A stretch of DNA of 64,000 nt. Source: Candidatus Eiseniibacteriota bacterium (GTDB taxonomy: Bacteria > Eisenbacteria > RBG-16-71-46 > JABDJR01). The translations under genes and the position numbers were made by a program. The stretch lies in assembly GCA_963783375.1 (NCBI GenBank), contig CAWANH010000028.1, positions 352,001 to 416,000 on the forward strand, in the 5' to 3' direction. This document shows, in pieces, positions 11,001 to 21,505 of the stretch (position 1 is the first letter of the stretch; the number at the start of each line of letters is the position of its first letter). Under the pieces are notes generated by a model. That model saw nothing but the letters and a program-made list of their open reading frames with translations, ran no database searches and had not been told where the DNA came from.

Positions 11001-11225
11001 GACTACGAGGTTCCCCCGGGCGGGAGCGACCTCTCCCTGGCCGTATACGACGTCCAGGGGCGCCGGGTGCGCACCCTTCAGGACGGCTGGCGCCCGGAAG
11101 GGATCGCCGAACTCCACTGGGACGGCCGGGACGACGGCGGCCGCCCGGTGCCCGCCGGGGTCTACTTCGTGAAGCTCGTCGCCCCCGGTTTCGACGCGGT
11201 TTCCCGCCTGGTCCGGGTGCGCTGA
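8038..11225 (+). CDS. Secreted LVIVD-repeat beta-propeller protein with C-terminal FlgD-Ig/T9SS-like sorting domain (frameshift ~10620)
   Basis: Signal peptide; many LxVxDVSNPxxP repeats; the C-terminus in ORF 10659-11225 reads SPNPF..YDVQGRRVRTL..WDGRD..AGVYFV. Confidence 0.85.
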
Positions 11226-11276
11226 GCCCGGACCGAGCGCATCGAGCAGGGGGTCTGCCCGGATCCTCCGGCTCGG

Positions 11277-11308
11277 CCCCCGGCCACCCCGCGTGGCCGG
11301 GGGTTTTT
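11277..11308 (+). terminator. Rho-independent terminator
   Basis: CCCCCGGCCAC-CCCGC-GTGGCCGGGGG hairpin followed by TTTTT. Confidence 0.8.
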
Positions 11309-11371
11309 CCATTTCCGGTGATGTTTGGTAACCTCCCCTCCTATCGATTTCCCGATTCTCCGAGGTCACGC

Positions 11372-14300
11372 ATGTATGGTATGCACCCCATTCGGATACT
11401 CCCGCTCGCCCTGGCCCTGATCGCCCTTCCGGTTCCGGTCTGCCTGGCCCAGACCCCGCCCGCCGCGGATTCCACCCGGGCGTCCGGGTACCCGGCCACG
11501 CCTTCCAAGGTCAAGGAGGTCATGGACCTGACCGACGGAAAGCACTTCGCCGAAGCGGAGTCCCTGGGCTGGGCCCTGGTGCAGGACTACGAGGTGAACA
11601 AGGGGCCGGAGTCCTACGAGGTGGCTCGCGCCCTGGAGGCCTACCTCGAATCGATCGCACGGCAACGAAAGGTCGACGACCGGGCGATCGGGCTCGCCGA
11701 TCGGGCCATCCGGATCACCCGCGGCGCCTTTGGCCCGGAACACCCGGAGGTCGCCCGGGCTCTTGGAGTGAAATCCAGCCTGCTGAGCCACTCGGGAGAT
11801 CTCGAGGGAGCGATCGAGCTGCGGCAGCAGGAGCTGGCGCTCCTCCGGAAGGACCCGGGTCCCGACAAGGGGATTCTCGCCTCCGCCGCCTCCAACGCCG
11901 CGGTCTACTACGCGATGCTGGCCCGGTACGAGGAAGCAACCCCGTACTTTCTCGAGGCGCTCGATGCCTATCGGGACGCGTACGGCGAGGAATACCTCGA
12001 TACGGCGGGGGCGATCTACAATTTGGGGAATCTCTACAACATACGCGGCGAAGACGACGAAGCGCAGAAGTACTATCTAGAGGCGCTCGGCATCTACGAG
12101 AAGATCGTGGAGGCCGATCATCCCCGGATCCAGATGACCCTGACCGCCCTGGGAGACATCGAAAGCCGCCGGGGCGACTACATGGCGGCCCGCGAGTACC
12201 ATCGCAGATGCCTGGAACTCGCCGAGCAACGGGAAGGTCCGGAAAGCCTCGGCCTGATCCTGGAATCCGCGGTCTCGGGAACGTGGAAACCTACCTCGGA
12301 AACAGCGAACGGGCCCTGGAGTTGCACCTGCGAGCATTGCGCATCTCGGAGGCGCATCGGAGCCCCGGAGACTACGATCTCTGGGCTGAACTCTTCGACG
12401 TCGGGTACGACTACTGGTCCCTGGGGCGGTACGAGGAAGCCCGGCCTACCTGGCCCGGGCGGTCGCGGTGGTGAGCGCCCGGGCACCGGATCATGACGAA
12501 CTGGTGGCTCCTCTGACCGCCCTGGGCAAGGTGGAGCGGGCCGAGGGTCATCTCAAGGCGGCCGCGGACACCCTGACCCGGGCTCTGGCCATCGCCGTGG
12601 CGACGAAGGGCCCTACCAACGATCTGACCGGCGATGTGCACATCGAGCTGTCGGCCGTGTACGAGGAGAGGGGCGATTACGAGTCGGCGGCGCGGCACGC
12701 CGAGGGGGTGATCGCGGCCTACGAGTCCGGATGGAGGGACCGTCAGGGCTACGCCCGGGCTCTCCTGCAGCGATCCCGGATCCGGCTCAAGAGGGGGATC
12801 TCTCCGGAGCCTTTGCCGATGCGCGGAAGGGGGAAGCCCTGGCGCTGGAACAGTTCCGGGCGACCTACCGGAGCCTGGCGGAGATGGAGGCGCTCCGGTT
12901 CTCGGCCTTCCGGGGGAACGGCATTCCGCTTATGATCTCCGCGCTGGGCATGGAGGAGGCCCCGCCGGAGACCACGATCGCCCAGGCCTGGGATGCCGTG
13001 ATCCGGTCCCGCGGCATCCTCCTGGAGGAGATCGCGGCCCGCCGCCGTCTGATCCGGGATCTGGACGACCCCGATCTGGAGATCCTGGCCCGGGCCGCGC
13101 TGGAGGCGAGATCCCGCCTGGCCAATCTCTATCTGAGGGGTCCCGAGAACGAGGACCAGGCGCGGTTCCGGGAACGGCTCGAGGCCGCGGCCCGCGGCAA
13201 GGAAGAGGCCGAGGCGGCGCTGGCCGAGGCCAGCGCATCCTTCCGCGAGGAAACCCGGCCCGGGGGACTCGACGCGGTCCGTGACCGCATTCCGGATGAC
13301 GCGGCGCTCGTTGCCTACGTCCGGTATCCACGAGGCAGCAGGATGCAGGATGCGGTTCCGACCTACGCCGTTTTCGGAATCTCCGGGCCTTCGGGAGATC
13401 CCTGGTACGTGGATCTGGGTCCGGCGGCGGCGATCGATGTGCGCGTGCGGGAATGGCGGGAGGCGGTCGCGGCGAGCGGCATTCCCGCTGGGCCGCTGAC
13501 CCGGGAGGCGGAGGCGTGGGTGCGCTCAGACGGCGCCGCCCTGCGGGAAGCCGTGTGGATCCATCGCCGGCCACCTGGCCTGTGCCCGGCGCGTGCCGTG
13601 GTCCCGACGGGACTCTCGCCTGGTCAACCCGGCCGCGCCCCGGACCCATCGGGAGGGTACCTAGTGGAGTTGGACCCGCTCTCCATCAGCTTCCGTCGGA
13701 GCGGTCGCTGCTCCGCGAGGCGCCGGCACCTTCCGGGAAACCGACCCTGCTCGCCCTCGGAGGACCGTGTTCGACCTGGAGGTCGTCCCGCGACCCGGCC
13801 GCGGACCTGGTCGCCGCCGGGAGGCCCAACATTCCCAGCGGGGAGCCGTCTCGACTGCGACGGTACCTGGAGCTGGAGTTCGAGCGTCTTCCCGAGGCCG
13901 AGAAGGAATCCCGGGATGTGGCAAAGCTGTGGAGGGGTGGGAACCGGGGAGCCGCCGACGTCCTGACCGGGGCCGAGGCCACCGAGTCCGCCTTCAAGGC
14001 GGCGGCGCCGCGGCACTCCGTCCTCCATCTGGCCACGCACGGCTACTTCCTGGATCCGGATTGTGCCCGGACCGCCAGCGATGCGCCGGCCGGGGGAGAG
14101 CGCTGGGGCACCGCGGCCGGGGATCCCCTGCTCCTCTCCGGGCTGGCCCTGGCTGGCGCGAACCGGCACACCTCGGCGACCGGAGGTGATGACGGGATCC
14201 TGAGCGCCGAGGAGATCGTGACCTCGACCTCCGGGGCGTGATCTGGGCTGTGCTTTCCGCCTGCGACACCGGCCGCGGAGCCTGGGTGCCCGGCGAGGGG

Positions 14301-14550
14301 GTCTCCGGACTCGAGCGGGCCTTCCAGACGCTGGTGCCCGGACGGTGATCATGAGCCTGTGGCCGGTCGACGACCGCACTACCCGGGAGTGGATGGAGAC
14401 GCTCTATCGCGCCTGCTGGCAGAACGGCCTGGAAACCGCCGAAGCGGTGCGCGAGGTGGCCGCTCCCTGCTCCGGGAACGGCGCGAACGGAACGCCAGCA
14501 CTTCGCCGATGGGCTGGGGAGCCTGCATCGCCACCGGGGACTGGCGTTAG
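11372..14550 (+). CDS. Exported TPR-repeat + CHAT (caspase-like) protease; many frameshifts (assembly errors or decay)
   Basis: Signal peptide RILPLALALIALPVPVCLAQ; kinesin-light-chain-like TPRs; CHAT motifs LPEAEKE, ATES, HLATHG (His), LSGLALAGAN, DGILSAEEI, VLSACDTG (Cys, ~14262), MSLWPVDD and WGACIATGDWR spread across frames. Confidence 0.85.
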
Positions 14551-14672
14551 CGGCCTGCTCCACGAGACATCGGGGCCGTGAACGACCACCATACAAAGGC
14601 GCGGCGAGGTGGAGAACGCGAGGACGATGTGCGGCCGCCGCGCCCCCCTCTACCGGAACGCCGGACCCCCCT

Positions 14673-17600
14673 CTAGCCCGTCTGCCGCGAGACGGCGCAC
14701 GGGCTGAATGCCGAGAGAGCTGGGCTGATGAGGGGCGGTGAGCGTGTAACCGCGACCCGGGTGAACGGGCTCTCGCCGTCCACCACCAGGCGCACCAGGT
14801 AGATGCCGCTGGCGAGGGCGCGGCAGGTATGGTCCTTGCCGTCCCAGGCGATCTCCTGGCGTCCGGCATCGCGGTTGTCGCCGGTGAGAGTGCGAACCCT
14901 GCGTCCGCGGACGTCGAAGACGTCCAGGGTCACCGGGCCCCGGTTCTTGTGATCGAAGGCGATCACCGTCCGGGAGGTGAACGGGTTGGGGTAGGCGGCC
15001 ATCGGGGGCGCGGTGACCCCCGGGGTCACGGGCACGCCGGTGACCTCGGTGAAGATGAGGTTGTAGTCGGCCGACAGGGCGAGGGAAGGCTCCTGGGCCT
15101 TCCACACCGCGATGCAGTAGAGGCCCGCGGTGGGGATCTCGATGGCGACCTGCTCGTCCTCCCCGGCCACCTCGATCCAGGCCGCTCCGTCGGGGAGGGC
15201 ATGGATGCGGCTCATCACCCCCGTGTTGGGCGGGTGGATGGAGAGCCCGAGGTCCGCCGCGGACAGGTTCTCCAGGTGGATGATGTAGTACCCGGCGTCC
15301 AGATCGACCTCGTGCAGGTTGAGCATCTCGTTGGCCGCCAGGTTGAAGGTTCCATAGGAGCCCGACGGGTTGCTCGCCAGGTAGGTGGAGGACACCACCT
15401 CGGCGGTGAAGTCCTGGGTTCGGTACCCGCCGCTCACCCCCACGTCAAAGGGCCCGGGATTCCAGTAGGTGAAATCGATCAGATTGAAGTCGATCTCCCC
15501 CGTGCCGAAATCGGACGTGGTGAGGGCCTCGCCGAACGAGAGATCCACGTCGTCGAGGATCCCGTGGAGCCGAAGCGTGACGTCGGTGGAATCGCCCGGC
15601 ATGACGGCCACGCCGCCCCAGTAGCCGTCCGCCCCGCCGGGATCGAACGCGGGGGTCCGGTAGCCGTCGGCGTTGGACCAGATCACGGTGGGGTCGCTCA
15701 GTCAGATGCTCCCAGCTCCCCAGCGGATCCCCGGGTACGGGAAGCGCGGTGGTCGGCCCCATGGCCAGGGTCTGGGGAGTCCAGGCCCACTGCCGGGCGG
15801 TATCGTTGTTGGTCTCGGAGATCTCCACGACGTCGTCGGGCCAGTCGATCCGCATGGCGGCGGTGTGCCGGCCGCCCCGCACGTAGAACGGACCGATGTC
15901 GTTGCCGTAGATCGAGCCGTAGGCGGGAAGGTCTCCCCCGAGGAGAGCGGGTAGACGTTCACCCCGTCCAGGTCGAGATCGATGGCGAACGACCCGGTGG
16001 CCGTCGTGGGGCTGGCGTTGTAGATGATCGCGTTGTAGTAGCTGGACGACGTCCATCCGGGAAGGCTGGTGGGATCGGGAACGCTGGACGGCGTCCCGTC
16101 GGCCGCCGGCCGGACCACCAGCGGTCCGTCCCATCCGGCCAGGGCGCCGGGCACCAGGTCGGGCGGGGTGCGGTCGATGAGGATCTTGTAGCCGTGGGGA
16201 TCGGCCGGGCCGTCCTTGGGATCGCGGTAGACGATCAGGCAGGAATAGGTCTCGTGGCTCTCGTTGACGTCGAGGCGGGCGATTCCCTCGCGGTTGCTCA
16301 CCGCGGTGGCGGTGTAGTCGTCCATGCCTCCGGTGGTGAAGGGGACATCGAGCCAGGAGATGTGGAAGGTGGCATCGGAGGAGGTCGTGTCCTGGACCAC
16401 GAAGCTGACCGCCCCCGTGTCCGCCCCGGCGATGAACACCTCGTGCAGGCTCATCCACTCGTTGGCGCCCAGGGTGAAGGTCGAGGGCACCCCGTAGGTC
16501 TCCAGCGTGCTCGTGACGTGGCGAACCTCGTAGCCGGCCTGGGCCGGGGTATCGGTGGCCTGGACGATGCCCACGTCCCAGGTGGCGTCTCCGGTCAGGT
16601 TCCGGTTGGCGATCACCGCGTCCAGGCAGTCGGCGGGGCGAGTGGAGGACGCCGCGGTCACCGCGAATCCGTTCCCCGGACCGGTGGAGGACGTATGGAG
16701 CCGGGCGTCGTAGTCCGCGTCATGGGAGTTGGCGACCAGGGTCACCGCGTTCCACCACTGGGCCCCGCTCGCCGTGGCCTGCATGCGGACCCCGTCGCAG
16801 TTGAACCAGGAGGTGGCGATGGATCCGTCGAAGCCCCCCATGCGGGCGGGCGGGGCCGCCCGGTAGGTGGACCCGAGGACGGGCAGCACGTAGGGCGACC
16901 AGATCCACTGGGTGGCCCAGTAGTTGTCGTTCTCGTTGGATTCCGCCACCAGGCCGGTGAAATCGTTGAAGGCGCCGAAGGTGTGGCGGCCCCCGCGCAC
17001 GGTGATCGGCCCCAGGTTCAGGGCTTCGTAGGTCGCCCCCACCCCGAGGGAGGGGATGGACGCCGCGTGGTCGACCGGGTTCAGGGGGTTGTAGAAGCCG
17101 ATACCGTCGGCCTGGACCCAGAGCCCGGTGGAGGGAGCGATGGCTCCCCCCGTGTTTCCTACCGAGGCGTTCCACCAGGTGGCCGCCGCGTCCCCGGTGA
17201 GGCTCGCGGGGAACGGGACGTTGCCGCTCGCGGCATCCGCCGCGGCGCGGGGGACGACGCGGTACGCCCAGCCCGTCTGCAGCACGTGGGTCAGGTTGGC
17301 CGGCCCCGGGGGGGCGATGATGATCGGCCCCAGGGTGTCGTAGCTGCCGTCCCAGTTGCCCGCCGCGTCGCCGGACCGGATGGTGATGTAGTAGGTCCCC
17401 GCGGGAAGGATCGGGGTGGTGTAGGAGCCCGCGTCCCATACCTCGGGAGTGTTGTCCGGAAGCGCGGCGGAGGCGCCCCAGCGGATGGAGAACTGCGAGG
17501 CGGTCTCGCAGTCGTCCGCGGGTCGGGTCCAGGTCAGATCCACCGTGTTGTCGGTGGAAGCCACGCCCACCGTGTGGCTGGGAGAAGCAAGGTCGGTCAC

Positions 17601-18734
17601 CGTGGACGGCGGCGTGCTGTCGATGATGTACCCGTTGTTGAGGGCGGTGTGGGAAAGTTCCGAGCAGAGTTCCGGATACGTGGCCCGGAACACGTCGAAA
17701 AACTCGCCCGGGGTGGACATGGTGTTGCCGGCGAAGAGCCCCAGGATGGGATCCGGCCCCATGCTCAGGTCGTCCCAACCGGGGCCGCCGAAGATCGTGC
17801 CGTGCTCGTTGGTGGCGTCGGAGATGTCCCGGAGTACCGCCGCGAACATCCCGGGGGTGTTCCAGGCCGAAAACGAGTATCCGGGACAGGCCTGAAGGTT
17901 CTCGATGTCCTCTTCGTAGAGGGGAGTGTAGCCGTATCGCGAGGGGAACTCCCCGACGATCTGGTCGGCTGCCCAGGCCGCGAAGCCGATGTACCAGGCG
18001 ATGACATCGCTCTCGGGACACCACAGGCAGTAGCCGCCCCGCGCACTGTATTCCCCCACTTGGGTAGACGCCTCGTCGCAGACCCCGTTGTTCCCATCCA
18101 CGGACCACGTTGTTGCATAGGCATTGATCCATTCCTCGGCCAGGATCCGGGCGATGACGCGCTCGTTCCAGGTGTCCGCCAAGGCGAGGTACTTGCCCCA
18201 GACGGGAGAGTACGCGGAGTACCCCGCGCTCCGAGCCCAGCCCCAGTCGCCGTAGTAGGTGGGCAGGGGGTAGCCGTGCTCTTCGAACCATCGCCGGGTC
18301 CGGCTCGCGACGGTCAAGATATGGAGGTACTGGCTGGCATTGAAGTCGGTGGGATGAAACGTTCCGTAGTCAATCGTGCCTCCGGCAAAGTTGGGGGTGA
18401 TCCCGGTCTGGATACCAAGGGGCGAGGGGCCTACCTTGAGCCGGATGTCGGGATCCGGGTCGCAGAAGAAATCCGGGGAGTACACGACGGTGAAGTCGAA
18501 GTAGCCGTTCTCGTCGGTGACATCGCCTCCCTGGTACGAGAAGGGGCAGAGATCGACGCCGTAGGCCTCCTCCCAGATACCGACAGAGATACCGTCGGCA
18601 CCCACCAGTTCCCCCCGGGGGTTTTCGTAGACCACCCGCCCCACGGCGTGGATGGTGGTGTCGGCCGCGGCCGGCCGGGCGCCGAGCAGACCGACGGCCA
18701 CGAGAAGGAGGACCGATCCGAGTGCGCGTTTCAT
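14673..18734 (-). CDS. Large secreted protein: degenerate zincin-like N-domain, FN3-like domain, two CARDB-like repeats, FlgD-Ig tail (frameshifts ~15945 and ~15695)
   Basis: Signal peptide; duplicated module GPI/FxVRGGRHT..VxExxExxN..QWxWxP; tail YPNPF..FDVRGRRVRTL..WDGKD..SGIYLV. Confidence 0.75.
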
Positions 18735-18743
18735 GACGACCTC

Positions 18744-19223
18744 CTAGCGCTGCCGCTCGGGGCGGGGACGGTTCCCGGGGGCCAGGACCTTGGGGCCGGC
18801 CTCCACCCGCGCCAGCGTCTCCTCGAGCTGGGCCACGGCCTCGCGGTTGTTCTCCTGACGGGCCCAGCGGAGCTGGATCTCGAGCAGCCCCGCCTCGGTC
18901 CCGGACTTGAGGTCGTGGATCTCGCGCATGAGGCGCATGGCCTCGGCGTTGTCGGTGGCGGCGCGGTACCGGGCGGTCAGTTCCTTTACCTGCTGGTCCC
19001 GTCCCTCGAGGAAATCCCGGATCTCCAGGAGCCGCGGGGACAACTCCTCCCGCGGAACGGCCATCAACCCCGGATGAACCGGGGCCGGCTCGTCGACGGC
19101 CTGGGGAACCAGGCCGGGCGCGGCCGGGTTCTGGGCGGCCGTGGCCCCGAGAGCAAGAGCGCCAAGGAGCAACGGGATCAGAACGAAGCGGGACGGGTGC
19201 GTGCGGATGGGGTTCGGGGCCAT
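18744..19223 (-). CDS. Small exported helical hypothetical protein, co-transcribed with the large secreted protein
   Basis: AGGAGG RBS, signal peptide, coiled-coil; its stop lies 9 nt before the next start. Confidence 0.7.
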   Translation of the reverse strand: MAPNPIRTHPSRFVLIPLLLGALALGATAAQNPAAPGLVPQAVDEPAPVHPGLMAVPREELSPRLLEIRDFLEGRDQQVKELTARYRAATDNAEAMRLMREIHDLKSGTEAGLLEIQLRWARQENNREAVAQLEETLARVEAGPKVLAPGNRPRPERQR

Positions 19224-19256
19224 GACACCTCCTCGTGGATTGGGCCTTCGAGGGGT

Positions 19257-19285
19257 AGGGTCGATTCGGAGGTGGGAATGTGACG
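19257..19285 (-). promoter_or_regulatory. Putative ECF promoter CGTCACA-N14-TCGACCCT
   Basis: Reverse-strand match to 7926-7954, 34 nt upstream of ATG 19223. Confidence 0.7.
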
Positions 19286-19527
19286 TCCCCAGGCCCCGTC
19301 GCAGCACCGGGCCGAGCCGCGACATCCCGGAAGCGATCCAAGTTATTCATTATCAACCAGCTCGCCGGACGCTGACTTCGCACCCAGTTGCCTGATCGCC
19401 GGCGGAGGCGTATCACGGACAGCCGGCGGCCGGACCGAATCCCCGAAGTCCACCTCGGCCATGCCGCCGAACGGTATGAAGTGTGAGGTCCGCCCGTATG
19501 CGACGGGTATTCCGCGACGGGCGGAAT

Positions 19528-19579
19528 CGGTCAGTGGGCGGTTCGGGATCGGGGGCCCTTGGGGGTCTCGGGACCGGGG
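19528..19579. repeat. Direct repeat, right copy (3' end of the ycjF-like gene)
   Basis: 50/52 identity to 6352-6403. Confidence 0.9.
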
Positions 19580-20744
19580 CTCTCCGCGTCCTCGGCGCCG
19601 TCCGCCACGGTCTCCCAGAACCGGAGGCTCTCCTGGAGGAAACGCACGCCGGCGGTCGTGGAACCCACCGCGGCGGAACCGGCCTTCCCGGCCAGGCCGA
19701 AGATCTTCTCGAACAGCCCGGTGCCGAAACCCGCCACCCCGCGGGCCGCCCGCGACGTTCCCCGGGCCGCGCCGCCCAGCACGAGCTTCCGGGTCATGGT
19801 GGCCACGCGGTTGGCTCCCTGGCCGACCACCCCGCTCAGGAGCGTCGCCGCCTCGAGGGACGCGCTCCGCGCCACCGCCCGGCGGTCGCCTTCCAGGCGC
19901 ACCCCGCAGTACCGGCGCGCCAGCGCGCCGATCCGAAGGGTGAGGAACGCGTTGGCCGAGCCGTCGAGAAGGCTGGTCACCAGGAGGGACACCAGCGGGT
20001 CGGCTCCGGCCACCGGGATGAAGCCGGTGATGCCGGCGGTGACCGGCGCCCCCAGAACCGCCAGCACCTCGCTGTCCTGGATCTCTCCGGCCACGAACGC
20101 CGAGGCCCCGACGTTGGCATAGAGCGCCCAGAGTTCCCGGGGACGCGGGCGCTGGTAGTAGACCTCGGCCACCTCCTTCACCATGCGAAGCTGGGCGGAG
20201 ATGACGATGACCGAGTCGAGCCGTCCGCTCTGGGAGACCGCGGTGGCGGTGAAGACGGCGGCGGCGTGGCGGGCGACCACGTCCCGGGCCCGGCGGTCCA
20301 GGTGAGCCAGGGTCTTTTCGACCTCGGTCTCGAGAGGGCTCTTCGCCCGCGGTCCGTTCGGCTCGACCGGGGCCGGCACGCGGGCGGAATCCTTGTCCTC
20401 GAGCGCGGCCTCGAGACCGGCGAAACCGGGATAGCCGAGGCGGACCAGGGAATTCCCGGCCAGGCGGCGGGCGTAGCGCCGGACGAACTTCTCCCAGTCC
20501 GCGCCGTCGGGGTGCTGCGGGCGGACCAGGGCCCCGGGAAGCCGGAGGAGTCCTGGGCCACGGGGTAGATCACGAGCAGGGTGAGACCCGCCCCCAGGAG
20601 CACCAGCACCGCCGCCCCCAGGAGGGGATGGACGCCCGCGGCCTCGCGGTACACCACCAGCCCCGAGCCCACCATCCCCACCACGGCCAGGATGGCCAGG
20701 CCGGTGAGGGCGGGAAGGACGATGTTCCTGAGGGTGCGGATCAT
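19531..20744 (-). CDS. YcjF/DUF697-family membrane protein (frameshift ~20555)
   Basis: N-terminal TM helices; TAVSQSGRLD, YYQRP, DGSANAFLTLRIG motifs. Confidence 0.75.
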
Positions 20745-20890
20745 GGGGGAAGCATAGCGCACCGGAGGGTGGGCGCCGCCGGCCGGGGGGCGGGCGCTTG
20801 GGCGGGCCGGCGCAACCGGCGACGGCCGGCGCCCGGAGGCGGAGACTCTTGAGCCGTTGTCCCGCCCCGCGCGCGGCCGATCCTCCCGGC

Positions 20891-21505
20891 TCAGCCCTCG
20901 AACGCCTCCGGCGGCACCGTCCGGTAGGCGAAGGGGCCCCGGCCCCGGTCGTAGGCCACCGCGATCACCAGCCTGGCCAGCGCCTCGATCTCCTCCGCCC
21001 GGGCCAGCCCTCCCGCGTCCACCGGCTCGAACCCGGCGTCGGTGATGAGTTTCGCGGCGGTTCGTTTGGCCCCCTCGTCGTCACCGCAGAAGAAGAGGCT
21101 GGCCCGGCCGGGAGCCCTGGCCGCCGGTTCGAAGAGCTGGGAGAAGATGGTGTTGAACGCCTTCACCACGTGGGCCCCTCCGGCCTTGGCGGCGATCGTC
21201 TCCGCCCCCGAGCGCGGGAGATCCACGCCGAGATGGTTGGTGGCGTCGATCAGCACCTTCCCGGTGAGGTCCCCCATCTGCTTCAGGGCCTCGTCCACCG
21301 TGCTCCAGGGCGGGGAGAAGAGCACGGCGTCCGCGTCCCGGCAGGCCGCGGCCGGCTCCGCCGAACGCGCCCCGATCTCCTTCGCCTTCGCCTCGAGCCG
21401 GTCCGGATGCCGGCTGAAGCAGAGCGTCACCTCGTGACCCTTCCCCACCCATACCCTGGCCAGGCTCCCCCCGACCCGGCCCGATCCGACGACGGCGATC
21501 TTCAT
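20891..21505 (-). CDS. NADPH-dependent F420 reductase-like (NAD(P)-binding) oxidoreductase
   Basis: MKIAVVGSGRVG, LIDATN, VVKAFN, GDD..AK, GFEPVDAG. Confidence 0.85.
   Translation of the reverse strand: MKIAVVGSGRVGGSLARVWVGKGHEVTLCFSRHPDRLEAKAKEIGARSAEPAAACRDADAVLFSPPWSTVDEALKQMGDLTGKVLIDATNHLGVDLPRSGAETIAAKAGGAHVVKAFNTIFSQLFEPAARAPGRASLFFCGDDEGAKRTAAKLITDAGFEPVDAGGLARAEEIEALARLVIAVAYDRGRGPFAYRTVPPEAFEG

Larger units (their letters stand above)
6352..19579. mobile_element. Putative ~13.2 kb genomic island or insert at the 3' end of the ycjF/DUF697 gene (no integrase seen)
   Basis: Bounded by a 52-bp direct repeat that contains a gene 3' end; coherent accessory cargo. Confidence 0.55.

Noticed and set aside
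11318-11371. ECF promoter upstream of the CHAT gene
   Set aside because: GTAACC is present, but there is no TCACA-N15-CGAC match, so it was not assigned to the regulon.
14829-19283. 1484-aa + strand ORF and similar long antisense ORFs (21-1469, 31964-34720, 56109-58820)
   Set aside because: Shadow ORFs from high-GC codon bias, lying opposite well-supported genes.
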